The position numbers and the translations under genes were made by a program. This document shows, one piece after another, positions 47,001 to 55,807 of a stretch of 64,000 nt of DNA (its first letter is position 1; every line of letters starts with the position of its first letter). The notes under the pieces were generated by a model. The model was given only the letters and a program-made list of their open reading frames with translations. It had not been told where the DNA came from and did no database searches. Source of the stretch: Myxococcota bacterium (lineage in GTDB: Bacteria; Myxococcota_A; SURF-8); the NCBI GenBank assembly GCA_963674735.2, contig CAXXQS010000001.1, positions 2,080,001 to 2,144,000 on the forward strand, in the 5' to 3' direction.

Positions 47001-49352
47001 TACCGCCGCCTCGCATTGTTCGGGATCGCGACAGACGACCGGGTCGGAGCCATCGCACTGACCGCTCTGGCATTCGTCGTGCTGGGTGCAGGCATCCGCG
47101 TCGTCGCAGTCCGTACCGTCGGGTTCGTCGGCATAATCGCAGGTTCCGGTTGTGTCGTTGCAGATTCCGGCCTCCTTGCATTCCGCCGGAGCGGCGCAGA
47201 CCACATCATCGGAGCCGACGCAGTCGCCGGTAGCGCACTCGTCGGTTTGCGTGCAGGCATTGCCGTCGTTGCAATCGGTGCCATCCGCTTTGTTGACGGC
47301 ATCGCAGTTGCCGGTGGCCGAATTGCAGGCCACGCTCTGCTCGCACTGGCGCGGCGCAGGACATTGCACCGGATTGCCACCCACGCACTGGCCATTGTCG
47401 CAGGCATCGCTTTGGCTACAGGCATCGCTGTCGTCGCAGGGGTAGCCGTCGCTCTGGTTCTCGTACTCACAGGTGCCGGTTGCGGAATTGCATTCCCCGG
47501 CTTTCTTACACATTTCGGGATCGGCGCAGACAACCGGGTCTTCGCCACGGCAGCTCCCGTTGTAGCATTCATCCACCTGGGTACAGGCATCGCTGTCATC
47601 GCAATCGCTGCCGTTGGCTTTGCTGCGCCAGTGGCTCTGATCGAACACGGTGTCGCAGTATTGGCACTCGTTTCCGGGATTCTCCCAGGCATCTTCCAGG
47701 CACAATCCATCGATGTAGCAGAAATTCGCGATCGGCGGATGGGTGCACGTCCCGGCATCGCAGACATCGTCGGTACAGGCCACCTGGTCGTCGCTGCAAG
47801 CGCCGCCATTGTTTATCGGCAGACAGCCGTCGCAACAAGCGTCGTCGGTTCCGCAGGTGCAGCCATCTCCCAAGCACTGACCGCCCTGGCAGGCGTCATT
47901 GCCGGTATTGGGATTGCCGTCATCGCAAGCGGTGTCGTCATCCTTGTTGGCCACGTCGCACAGGCCGGTTTCTTCATTGCAGGTGATGCTTTCCTGGCAC
48001 TGGTTGGGATCGTCGCATTCCTTGAGATTACCGCCCAGGCACTGCCCCGTGTCGCAGAGGTCGGTCTGCGTACAGGCATTCCCGTCATCGCAGGGCGAAT
48101 CGTCCGCCGCGTCGGCATACTCGCAGAGACCGGACTCGCTATTGCAAACGCCCTCTTGTTTGCAGGCCTCCGGATCGGCGCAAACCACCGGATTTTCGCC
48201 GCGGCACGCTCCGTTGTAACAGGCATCGCTTTGCGTACAGGCATCGTCATCATCGCAGGCCGTGCTGTTGGCTTTGCTGCGCCAGCGGGTTTGTGAAATG
48301 GAGATATCGCAATACTGGCAATCGTTCTGGGGGTTATCCCAGGTATCCTCGTAACACTGACCATCGATGGCACAGAAGCCGCTTTGGGGGGTGTGCACGC
48401 ATATCCCCTCGTCGCAGACATCGTCCGTGCAGCTAAGGCTGTCGCTGGTGCAGGGCGTATCATCCTCCTCGAATGCGAAGAAGCAGACCCCCGTATTCGG
48501 GTTGCACACGCCGTCCTTTTTGCAGACATCCGCAGCCCCGCACACGACCGGGTTGGCGCCGACACAGATGCCGCTTTGGCAGCTATCGCTCTGGGTGCAG
48601 GCATTTTCGTCATCGCAAACCGTGTCATCCGCCACGTCGGCGTAATCGCATACACCCGTATCCGGGTTACAAATCCCCGTTTCCTTGCAGACCGCCGGAT
48701 CGGCGCACACGACCGGGTTGGTGCCGACACAGATGCCGCTCTGGCAACTATCGCTCTGGGTACAGGCATCCGCGTCGTCGCAAACCGTGTCATCCGCCAC
48801 GTCCGCGTAGTCGCACACACCCGTATTCGGGTTACAAATTCCCGCTTCCTTGCAAACGTCCGGATCGGCACAGACAACCGGGTTGGAGCCGATGCACGTG
48901 CCGCTCTGGCAACTATCGCTCTGAGTGCAGGCGTCCGCATCGTCGCAGAGCGTGCCATCGCTGACGTCGTTGTAATCGCAATTGCCCGTTACCGTGTTGT
49001 ACACATCGTCGGTACAGGGATTGCCATCGTCGCAGACGGTATCCACATCGCCGTCCGTATCGCCATCGACATCGCCATCGACATCGCCGTCGGTGGGATC
49101 GTCGCCATCGGCGGGTTTGTCACCGTCGGTGGGTGTGTCGCCATCGGTGGGATCGTCGCCGTCGGTCGGATCATCGCCATCGGTGGGATCGTCGCCGTCG
49201 GCGGGTTTGTCGCCATCGGTGGGGGTGTCGCCGTCCATGGGCAGATCGCCGTCTTCGGCGTTTTCGTCGTCACCACCGCAGGCGGACAGAACGAACAGGG
49301 AAAGAAATAAGACCAACAGCAGCTTGAATGTACTCGTATTCGCGGTTTTCAT
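44067..49352 (-). CDS. Giant surface lipoprotein: DGD repeats, Cys-rich repeats, putative metal-binding motif, CARDB-like domains, C-terminal matrixin (M10) metalloprotease
   Basis: Lipobox LSAC; repeated CDDxDACTQSDxCxxGxC units; DCQDEDDEVYPGHVEWCDGKDNNC; metzincin HEIGHMLGLDH with Met-turn ATMY. Confidence 0.88.
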   Translation of the reverse strand: MKTANTSTFKLLLVLFLSLFVLSACGGDDENAEDGDLPMDGDTPTDGDKPADGDDPTDGDDPTDGDDPTDGDTPTDGDKPADGDDPTDGDVDGDVDGDTDGDVDTVCDDGNPCTDDVYNTVTGNCDYNDVSDGTLCDDADACTQSDSCQSGTCIGSNPVVCADPDVCKEAGICNPNTGVCDYADVADDTVCDDADACTQSDSCQSGICVGTNPVVCADPAVCKETGICNPDTGVCDYADVADDTVCDDENACTQSDSCQSGICVGANPVVCGAADVCKKDGVCNPNTGVCFFAFEEDDTPCTSDSLSCTDDVCDEGICVHTPQSGFCAIDGQCYEDTWDNPQNDCQYCDISISQTRWRSKANSTACDDDDACTQSDACYNGACRGENPVVCADPEACKQEGVCNSESGLCEYADAADDSPCDDGNACTQTDLCDTGQCLGGNLKECDDPNQCQESITCNEETGLCDVANKDDDTACDDGNPNTGNDACQGGQCLGDGCTCGTDDACCDGCLPINNGGACSDDQVACTDDVCDAGTCTHPPIANFCYIDGLCLEDAWENPGNECQYCDTVFDQSHWRSKANGSDCDDSDACTQVDECYNGSCRGEDPVVCADPEMCKKAGECNSATGTCEYENQSDGYPCDDSDACSQSDACDNGQCVGGNPVQCPAPRQCEQSVACNSATGNCDAVNKADGTDCNDGNACTQTDECATGDCVGSDDVVCAAPAECKEAGICNDTTGTCDYADEPDGTDCDDADACTQHDECQSGQCDGSDPVVCRDPEQCEAAVTCNSVSGACEATNKPDDTACQDEDDTCTLNDACQGGVCVGEPKDVDQDTYVDVVCGGNDCQDEDDEVYPGHVEWCDGKDNNCLYGIDEGCAVCTDETYQTQSYGTPYTTYLMPAGALALNRYMVTPASVNLFAVEAVWLQDSGDVGSGNFHAVLYRDEDGGPGELLAQSDSQAVTAFYPSKVRFDFQQAVALKNADYYWLGFVYEDDQTDSADYVSLLADDGAMASERNGYLYWPETADPNDYEEGWYALSASWFIDPIGCGEGADIRYHSRTDNVGGIYEAGDSAAITVTLENVGFDTSLDLVVTLLSNTDDITLGNDTANVSGIAVSATGQADQAFALTFDELAGGSYYLVLQIEDGTNIWYEWLEVFVHATPVDCDAPYSDISGDYIHYDDTYATAKLFGADVGTMYANPYPVEADFTLHEFDVEFYTNATSTHSSNFFFRVHRHGAGAPGEVLWESGSRSVSGTGIISYTQTVDPPLTFPIGEIFWISVEVLDDQSGTDWMLPFQDDGASPSLNYGLVSVDSGDSWFSEWWQNGEGDYVSPMLYLFPKGCEGTRLSYASHIDNSGDGIDPGDTVNLTVTIQNEGALAVTGVTGELSSSNGDVSVTDSTADFGSVTASGSKAATDPFTIQIAAGASAYQYPLDLVIEDGNGRSWTDRFYIILNGGTYDLAVTEFTANLAGSNVTYDITVSNLGTVDVLSEFRMDLYMDLENPPSPGQVSSNWTGTLLGLAAGEDYSFTLDSAALAQGNYASYFQVDTTELVSEGVENNNIAGPESFSIGDDTFVLLDPAVKWFPADVPVPYSMNPSGEDSIAGDAEFDEVEAAFQVWEDVADATLAFTYSGSTTREGFTYDGYNTVSWDDPDNDLDSGVLAAAMPIWNSQTMQTSGLTFKRLVDTDIVFNNAVDFCTHADALAPGCYDEFDIRGIAVHEIGHMLGLDHPDVADATMYYATGPCNADQVTLEPSDSNGVAFIYPE
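46900..49045 (-). repeat. About 44-aa Cys-rich tandem repeats inside the matrixin lipoprotein
   Basis: Near-identical 132-bp units around 48530-48960 (CDDADACTQSDSCQSGICVGTNPVVCADP...), more diverged units further on; boundaries approximate. Confidence 0.85.
49045..49260 (-). repeat. 18-bp and 12-bp DGD repeats (PTDGDD, DGDV)
   Basis: PMDGDTPTDGDKPADGDDPTDGDDPTDGDD...DVDGDVDGDTDGD. Confidence 0.85.
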
Positions 49353-49363
49353 TTCGTCCCCCC

Positions 49364-49936
49364 TTACTTGGCCTGATGCCGTTCAATGATGCCGAGCAGA
49401 TCGCTCATGGGAATCACGCGCAGGTTTTCCGGCTTCTCCGGTTTTTGCGACGAGCGCTTGACCACGTGCACGCCCTGAGCGAATTCCGTCCGCTCCACCA
49501 AGCGCGCACCCGATTTTCCATCGCGCAGCAAGCGGCATTTTCCCTGGCTCAATCCTACCGTAACGAACGCGCCATCGGGTCGGCTTTCGAGGAAGACCAC
49601 CACATCTTCACCCGCCTCATATTTCGGCGCACCCAGAAGCCGCGCGCCCACGCCATCCACTTCACCGCCAAGTTGGCGGATCAGGACGGTCTTGCCCGCC
49701 TGCCCTTTCAGCACCTCGGATACCTCCACGGCAGAGGTGGTGTAGATCTTGGTTTTATCCGCATTCCAGTGGGAATGGCTCTCGACGACCGTCCCCGTCA
49801 CGATAATGGATGATCGCTCGACCATCTCTTGCCAGTTCAAACCAAGCACGGTGGTCGCCCAGGCACTGGATCCCAACCCAATGAGTATCCCGGCGATCAA
49901 CAGAACCGGCATAACGTTCATAGCTCTGCGCAACAT
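49364..49936 (-). CDS. Secreted protein, possible TIMP/OB-fold-like partner of the matrixin
   Basis: GAGGAG RBS; signal peptide; EMVERSSIIVTGTV...IYT...EVLKG...QLGG...GAPKYEAGEDVVVFL...GLSQGK. Confidence 0.7.
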   Translation of the reverse strand: MLRRAMNVMPVLLIAGILIGLGSSAWATTVLGLNWQEMVERSSIIVTGTVVESHSHWNADKTKIYTTSAVEVSEVLKGQAGKTVLIRQLGGEVDGVGARLLGAPKYEAGEDVVVFLESRPDGAFVTVGLSQGKCRLLRDGKSGARLVERTEFAQGVHVVKRSSQKPEKPENLRVIPMSDLLGIIERHQAK

Positions 49937-50188
49937 AATATCTCCTCTTTCTCGCTTGGAAATTGGTGTATAATAATATTCCGCTATAAGCGAAAATCGG
50001 CTTTCGAATTTGGCTCGGTACGGCTTAATGGCCAGCGCCATTATGCAAAGGATGGACGGGAGCGTCAAGCACTTTCCCGTATTTTTACACACGTCCGCAG
50101 ACACGCGATGAAAGCGCCTTACCTGCGGTTATCACTAACTTTTTAAGCCTTACCGAAAAGGCGGGAGTCCTGGCGAAGTTTTCCAGAA

Positions 50189-51124
50189 TTAATGAGAACG
50201 CACGTCGCCTCTCCCGACATTCCGCTCCGCGTCCGGGTTGATGATCTGCTTGCGCACCCTCGGAAGAATTTTCTCGATGTTTTCCATGTACAAGCGATGG
50301 GCAGTGACATCCCGCGCTTTGCGGTATTGCTTCCAATTGGCCAGAAAACGCGCCGCATCGCCACGGGCGATTTGCACCATCTCGCCCGCCACCGCTTCCG
50401 ATTCGCGCGTCATACGTTCGGCATCGGCCCGCGCTTCGGGAAGACGGCGATTGCGCTCGCCATTGGCTTCCTGCAATAGTTTATGGGCATCTTCCCGCGC
50501 CGAAGCCACATCCTTGAAGGCCCGCGCCACCCCTTGGGGAGGCTCGACCTGCTTGATCTGCATGGAGACGATGCGCAGCCCCAAGTGCAGTTCATCGGTT
50601 TTTTTCTGCACGATCCTGCGCAAGTCCTGCTGAATACGGTTACGAGCGGTGGTCAGGGCGTCTTCAATGAGCATTCCGGCAAAAATCCGCATGCAGGACG
50701 ACTGAATATAGCGTTCGAGCAACGCCACCGGATCTTCCGAAGCGGTGAAATACTCTTTCGGACGCTCGATGGTGTATTGGGTCATCAAGGTCAGCAGGAG
50801 AAGGTTCTCGTCACCGGTTAAAAGCGCCCCGCCGCTCGGGTCTCCGCCCGTGGCGCTCGTGCGATCGAAAGTCAGCGTCAGGCTGCGTACTTCCTTGGTG
50901 TTCGGCACAGTGACACTTTCGATCGGCCAGGGCCAATGGTAATGAATACCCGGCGACACGTCGTCGACGATGATTTCACCGAAACGCTTGACGATACCGG
51001 TCTGTTCCGGTTTGACCGAGTAAATGCCGCTGGCCAGATAGACCAGCAGCAGCAAGAAGACGGCACCCGCCACAATCTTGCGGGTGTTACGAAATATGCG
51101 TTGATTGATGGTTGGTTGGCTCAT
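50189..51124 (-). CDS. hflK: HflK (SPFH) protein
   Basis: SGIYSVKPEQTGIVKRFG, PGIHYHWPWPIE, LTGDEN, VARAFKDVASARED and RLYME motifs. Confidence 0.88.
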   Translation of the reverse strand: MSQPTINQRIFRNTRKIVAGAVFLLLLVYLASGIYSVKPEQTGIVKRFGEIIVDDVSPGIHYHWPWPIESVTVPNTKEVRSLTLTFDRTSATGGDPSGGALLTGDENLLLLTLMTQYTIERPKEYFTASEDPVALLERYIQSSCMRIFAGMLIEDALTTARNRIQQDLRRIVQKKTDELHLGLRIVSMQIKQVEPPQGVARAFKDVASAREDAHKLLQEANGERNRRLPEARADAERMTRESEAVAGEMVQIARGDAARFLANWKQYRKARDVTAHRLYMENIEKILPRVRKQIINPDAERNVGRGDVRSH

Positions 51125-51126
51125 GA

Positions 51127-52011
51127 CTAGCGTCCTTGCGGGGGCGTTTCGAGGTAACGGAACAAGGGAGAATCCGCCGATAAAATCAAGGTCGTGTTCT
51201 CATCCAGCACTTTCTGATAGGCTTCCAAAGTACGGGTGAACTTGAAAAAGCGGGCGTCCTTCGAGAAGGCGTCGGCGTAGATGCGAATCGCGTCCGCCTC
51301 ACCCTTTCCCGTGGTAATCTGCGCGTTTCGATAGGCCTCCGCCAGCAATTCACGCACTTCCTTGTCGGTCTGCGAACGAATCTTGGAAGCCTCTTCCTCG
51401 CCCTCCGCGCGATATTTTTTGGCGATACGCTCACGCTCGGCACGCATACGGTCGTAAACGGAACGCAGGTTCTGGGTGGGGAAGCCCAGTCGCCTGAGTT
51501 GGACGTCCAACAGGTTCACACCGAAATCATTGGCGGCATGTTCCCGCGTTCTCTGAAGAACGGTCTCGGCAATCGCACCGATTTGCGACCCTTCCTCTCC
51601 GGCTGTGAGAAAATCATGCAACGGATGCTCGCCGATGGATATACCCAATTCGGACCCGACCAGGTCGGCGATGCGTTTCTCGGCATTGGACTTGTTGCGC
51701 ACACTCTGAATAAAGCGCTGCGGATCTTCGATTTTCCACAAAATGAAACTGCTGGCCACAACATTTTTCTTGTCGCGGGTGAGGTACTCACTGAGATTGG
51801 AATCCAAGGCCTGCAGGCGTCGATCCAGGCGAATGACGGTTTGCACCGGGTCGGGCCACTTCGCTTGCAGCCCCGCCTCGGTCACCACGCGGGTGGGCCG
51901 GTTGAAGAGCGTGATAATGGCGATTTCCGTTTCGTCCACAACCACCAGGGAGCTGCTGACCAGATAACCGCAAACAACCAGAAAACCGAGTAAAGCCAGG
52001 ATTTTCTTCAT
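51127..52011 (-). CDS. hflC: HflC (SPFH) protein
   Basis: LTRDKKNV, VYDRMRAERERIAKKYRAEGEEEA and FFKFTRTLEAY motifs. Confidence 0.9.
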   Translation of the reverse strand: MKKILALLGFLVVCGYLVSSSLVVVDETEIAIITLFNRPTRVVTEAGLQAKWPDPVQTVIRLDRRLQALDSNLSEYLTRDKKNVVASSFILWKIEDPQRFIQSVRNKSNAEKRIADLVGSELGISIGEHPLHDFLTAGEEGSQIGAIAETVLQRTREHAANDFGVNLLDVQLRRLGFPTQNLRSVYDRMRAERERIAKKYRAEGEEEASKIRSQTDKEVRELLAEAYRNAQITTGKGEADAIRIYADAFSKDARFFKFTRTLEAYQKVLDENTTLILSADSPLFRYLETPPQGR

Positions 52012-53873
52012 TTTACTGCTCCTTCGGCGTTTTTCATTCCAAACGGAAACCCGCCCTTTTCAGGGGCGAAGAGCCAGAGTTTGTAGCCGCCGCGATTGAC
52101 GGCGGGATCAGCGATGATTTTACGTTTTCCCTGTAAACCCCGTTCGGCCATTTCGATGAACAGGCGATAGTGGGTGACATCCGGATTCCTGCGTGCAGCC
52201 GCCGAGGTCAAGGCGAAACGTCCGGCATCCCCGGTGGCGCGCTCGCGACGTTCCGTGGCATCGGCGGTGGCGTCGAGCAACTTCTGCAAGCTGTCCGAAC
52301 GAGCCTGCGGCAAAGAGGTGTTGCGGTAGGTCTCCGCTTCATTGAGCATTTGCGCCCGACTTTCTCGCGCGGAAAAAACATCGCGAAAAGCGTCCACTAC
52401 TTCGACCGGCGGATGCAGATCGTGACAGAAGACATCGAGGATCTCAACACCCAAGCCTAAGGCTGCCTGCTTTTCGCGAACCAGGACGGCAATGCTTTCA
52501 AGCACCCCCTTGCGATTTTCGACCAACAGTTGGTCGGCTTTCTGGGTGGCCAACACCTGGCGCACGGAGGCTTCGAGCAATCCGTTCAACACCCGTTTGA
52601 TCCCGTTGACGCGAAACAAGGCGGTGACGGGATCCGTTAACCGGTAATGCAGCACCAGGCTGATATCGATGATGTTTTCATCACCCGAGAGAGAAATCGA
52701 CTCCTTTTTGACCTTGCGGTAGCCCTTGACGACATGAGACGACTCCCACAAACTCGGGGAAATACTGCCCACGATCTTGCTATCCGTACGAAAGCCGAGT
52801 TCGACTCGCTGGATATCCTGCAGGCGCACCCGTTTGACCTCCCCCAACGGCCACGGATACGACCAGGTCAACCCGCTGGACAGGTCGGTCGCCACAATCC
52901 GGCCACAAAACAGGCGCACTCCGGTTTCACCGAGTCGGATCATCGTCACTCCGCTACCCGCATAGACAATCAGAACCAGCCCCAGCAAGACTGCCAGACG
53001 TCGATGGCTGTACCAACGGCGCAAGGACAGGCGTTCGGCCAGACGCAGATCGGCCAGCCCCAGATCGCGTCCAAGCAGTTTCATGGCCAGGTAAGCAAAG
53101 CCGACCTCGGCCTGCTTGTTGAGCCAGGTGAACAGCGATTGCCTCCGTAAGGGGCTGCCATTTATGAAGCCGATGATGGACGTCACGAACAGCTCCAGGC
53201 CGATCATCCCGATCATCACGGCGATCACGACCGCCACCAACGGGTCCAGCCGAATCCCGATCATCTGCCCCATCAGCGAGGCCAATACGGCCAGCGAGGT
53301 GAACATGTCCATGCGACTGTGATAGCCATCGGCCACCAAAGCCGGAGATTCGACTTCCCGCCCCATAATCAGCTTATAGCGCGAAAGGAAATAGGCGATG
53401 ACGATGCAGATGATCACACCCAGCACGGCCACCCAGGCATACTTCAGATCGTTGTTCTTGTTTTCCCTGACACCCGAAATAATTACGTAAGGAATGTAAA
53501 GAATCACCAACGAAATCACGTAGGCGATGGCAGCCTCGATCCAGTAGCCGGGCTTGCGCTCCGGAAAGATTTTCCCCTCCGGACCCGCTTTGGCAGGACT
53601 CTCCTCGCTTGGTGGCTCGTTTTCGTCCATATCTTCCGGCAACACCTGCGTTCCCGCTTCGGCGGCCTTGCGTTCCTCACGTTTCTCAAGCCAGGTGCGG
53701 GCGGATGCACCCAACAGCACGGCCAAAGAGACGAACAGATCACTCAGGCTGTGATAAGCATCGGCCAGAAGCGCCGCGCTTCCTGACAGAAAAGCCAGGA
53801 TGATTTTCACCCCGATCAAAAATCCGTCGGCCCCGATGGAAATCACCGAAGCCTTGATTCGTCGATTCATCAT
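52008..53873 (-). CDS. Cation diffusion facilitator TM domain fused to an HflK-like SPFH domain
   Basis: SGSAALLADAYHSLSD and SPALVADGYHSRMD (CDF HxxxD sites), then GETGVRLFCG, LSGDENII, HPPVEVVDAFRDVFSARE. Confidence 0.85.
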   Translation of the reverse strand: MMNRRIKASVISIGADGFLIGVKIILAFLSGSAALLADAYHSLSDLFVSLAVLLGASARTWLEKREERKAAEAGTQVLPEDMDENEPPSEESPAKAGPEGKIFPERKPGYWIEAAIAYVISLVILYIPYVIISGVRENKNNDLKYAWVAVLGVIICIVIAYFLSRYKLIMGREVESPALVADGYHSRMDMFTSLAVLASLMGQMIGIRLDPLVAVVIAVMIGMIGLELFVTSIIGFINGSPLRRQSLFTWLNKQAEVGFAYLAMKLLGRDLGLADLRLAERLSLRRWYSHRRLAVLLGLVLIVYAGSGVTMIRLGETGVRLFCGRIVATDLSSGLTWSYPWPLGEVKRVRLQDIQRVELGFRTDSKIVGSISPSLWESSHVVKGYRKVKKESISLSGDENIIDISLVLHYRLTDPVTALFRVNGIKRVLNGLLEASVRQVLATQKADQLLVENRKGVLESIAVLVREKQAALGLGVEILDVFCHDLHPPVEVVDAFRDVFSARESRAQMLNEAETYRNTSLPQARSDSLQKLLDATADATERRERATGDAGRFALTSAAARRNPDVTHYRLFIEMAERGLQGKRKIIADPAVNRGGYKLWLFAPEKGGFPFGMKNAEGAVK

Positions 53874-53887
53874 ACTGCTCCGCTTCT

Positions 53888-54379
53888 TCAGTCCATTCGA
53901 TTTCGGCGGATCAGATCCCCGCCCGGACTATAAGTTCTGATTTCGACCTGCAAATTATCTTCGAATTCCACTTCGCTCATCACCGTTCCCGTCGGATAAT
54001 AGGCCCGCCAGACTCCGGCCGGACGCCCTTCCTGGAAATGTTTGATCAGCTTCGGCTGCCCATAGGCTTCCTTGGGATTTTCTTCCTCCCCGGCCGGATA
54101 CCACTGCACCATCGTTCCACTCCAGGGACGACCGTCTTTCTCGATCCAACAACCCACGAACGAGCCATCGGGTGTATACGCGCAGTAATGCGAATGACGG
54201 ACACCGCCATCGCGCCAGTTGCAGGCATCAAGCTTCACCTGCCCGTTACGCCAATGAGAATGGGGGGAAAGCGTGCAACCGGGTTCGAGATCGCCTTCCG
54301 GCCACAACACCCACAAAGCGATTCCAAGAGGTATCGCAACCAGCAGTCCCCCCAGGGCCCACATTGCAGGTTTAGTCAT
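53888..54379 (-). CDS. Membrane-anchored MORN-variant (YwqK-like) repeat protein
   Basis: N-terminal TM; WRNGQVK, WYPAG and FQEGRPAGVWRAYYPTG repeats. Confidence 0.65.
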   Translation of the reverse strand: MTKPAMWALGGLLVAIPLGIALWVLWPEGDLEPGCTLSPHSHWRNGQVKLDACNWRDGGVRHSHYCAYTPDGSFVGCWIEKDGRPWSGTMVQWYPAGEEENPKEAYGQPKLIKHFQEGRPAGVWRAYYPTGTVMSEVEFEDNLQVEIRTYSPGGDLIRRNRMD

Positions 54380-54462
54380 TGACCATCCATTATGTACATC
54401 ATCAATCCGCGCCTTTTCGCACGGAGACTTGTCTTCGGAATTATAGTTGTAATTTTGAGTCG

Positions 54463-54861
54463 TTACACAACTGGAGGAGATTGTTTGGGAGCAAGCAGGA
54501 GGGGAGAAACGTCGTTGGAAGCGGGATAATCGGGAACCTGTCCCCGGCTTGGCGAATCGCACCGGACAGAGCTGTGATCGCCATCCTCGCACCAGGCCTG
54601 CGAATGACGTAGCAACCACGCAATCGGACAGACTTCCAGGCGCCCCGTACCGCCAACGGACAGGTCGCTAAAGGTATCGCTCGTTTCCGCTTGGTGTAGC
54701 AGCGGGCTGGAGAAATGGGGGAAATGCAGGTAGGCTTGAACCTGCGGGTTCCAGCGATGTTCGAAGAAAAAAACGTCCGCCGTCGCCGCCAGGCCGGTAA
54801 CAAACAGGGCGGTTAGGATGAAGAGAGTCAAGCGGCGATATGTACGATTTCTGGCGGTCAT
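54463..54861 (-). CDS. Small hypothetical secreted/membrane protein, His/Cys-containing
   Basis: Signal-like N-terminus; HRW..HFPH..H and CPIAWLLRH; first gene of the co-oriented run leading to CDF-hflC-hflK. Confidence 0.5.
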   Translation of the reverse strand: MTARNRTYRRLTLFILTALFVTGLAATADVFFFEHRWNPQVQAYLHFPHFSSPLLHQAETSDTFSDLSVGGTGRLEVCPIAWLLRHSQAWCEDGDHSSVRCDSPSRGQVPDYPASNDVSPLLLAPKQSPPVV

Positions 54862-54955
54862 TTTCTACAATCCGGCAAACAAATTAGGTGGACTTTACCG
54901 CGTGCCTACCGTCCAGCCAAATGATTTTTTCGTGAAATCACCTCTCGAAATGGAA

Positions 54956-54986
54956 ACGGCCCCCGCATCGAATCAGCGGGGGCCGT
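54956..54986 (-). terminator. Probable intrinsic terminator
   Basis: 11-bp perfect stem ACGGCCCCCGC/GCGGGGGCCGT downstream of the DUF1566 gene; short T tract. Confidence 0.6.
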
Positions 54987-55080
54987 CTATTAACCCTAAC
55001 GTTATTTAATGCATCGGCGAAAAAGACCTCTACTCGCACAATAACGGGTCTCTTGCAGCCGTGCACTGGATGTCGGCGAT

Positions 55081-55773
55081 CTATTCCAGTCCTGGCCTGG
55101 ATTGGCGCACGCAGCGGACATTGGCCTGGCCGCCTTTTTGATTCCAGCCAAGGTCGGGCCTGTAAAAGCCGATGAACCACGCTTTTTCAGTCTCGGTAAA
55201 ATTAAGAACGATTGACGAAGACCAGAAATAAGCGCCAGCTTCGCAGCTTCCTTCCAATTCCTCCGGCCAATGGCAGCCTCCGCCGGCATCGGGACAAAGG
55301 CAGGAGTCGGTCTCGCTGCACGATGGATAGCCGAGGCAGTTGTCTGTAACCTGACAGCTTCCGCCGATTTCCAATTGGGGACAATTGCGAACCAACGACC
55401 GCAGCTCGCTGATCGTCGGCAAGCGCCAGTCATCATAGCCTCCAATATCCCGTTCGTAACAATAGTTCCAGGCGGCGCCCCAGTTCATCGTTTTGGGAGG
55501 GGATGGCGACTCCCAGGTCAGGCCGGTGGCGGGATCAAACCATACACCATCGGGTGTCTCGGCATCTGCCGTCTCGCCATCGCCATCGGGTGCCTCGGCA
55601 TCCACCGTTTCGCCATCGCCGTCGGGCACCTCGGCATCCGCCGTTTCGCCGTCGCCGTCGCATTCGCAGACCGCTCCATCGTTCGAGCCTTCAGCGCAGC
55701 CGAGAATCGACAGCACCATGGCTAGAACCCAAACCCATCGAAAACAAAACTCTACGTTGACACTGATTTTCAT
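55081..55773 (-). CDS. DUF1566 (Lcl C-terminal) lipoprotein with 33-bp DGDGETxDAExP repeats
   Basis: Lipobox ILGC; DPATGLTWE, MNWGAAWNYC, GGYDDWRLPTISELRSL, FWSSS and VRCVR motifs. Confidence 0.88.
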   Translation of the reverse strand: MKISVNVEFCFRWVWVLAMVLSILGCAEGSNDGAVCECDGDGETADAEVPDGDGETVDAEAPDGDGETADAETPDGVWFDPATGLTWESPSPPKTMNWGAAWNYCYERDIGGYDDWRLPTISELRSLVRNCPQLEIGGSCQVTDNCLGYPSCSETDSCLCPDAGGGCHWPEELEGSCEAGAYFWSSSIVLNFTETEKAWFIGFYRPDLGWNQKGGQANVRCVRQSRPGLE

Positions 55774-55807
55774 GGTTTCACCGACCTTGTACTTCACTGT
55801 TCGTCCT

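Noticed and set aside
53888-54379. Toxin-antitoxin system based on YwqK-like repeats
   Set aside because: MORN-variant repeats are generic and no toxin gene is adjacent.
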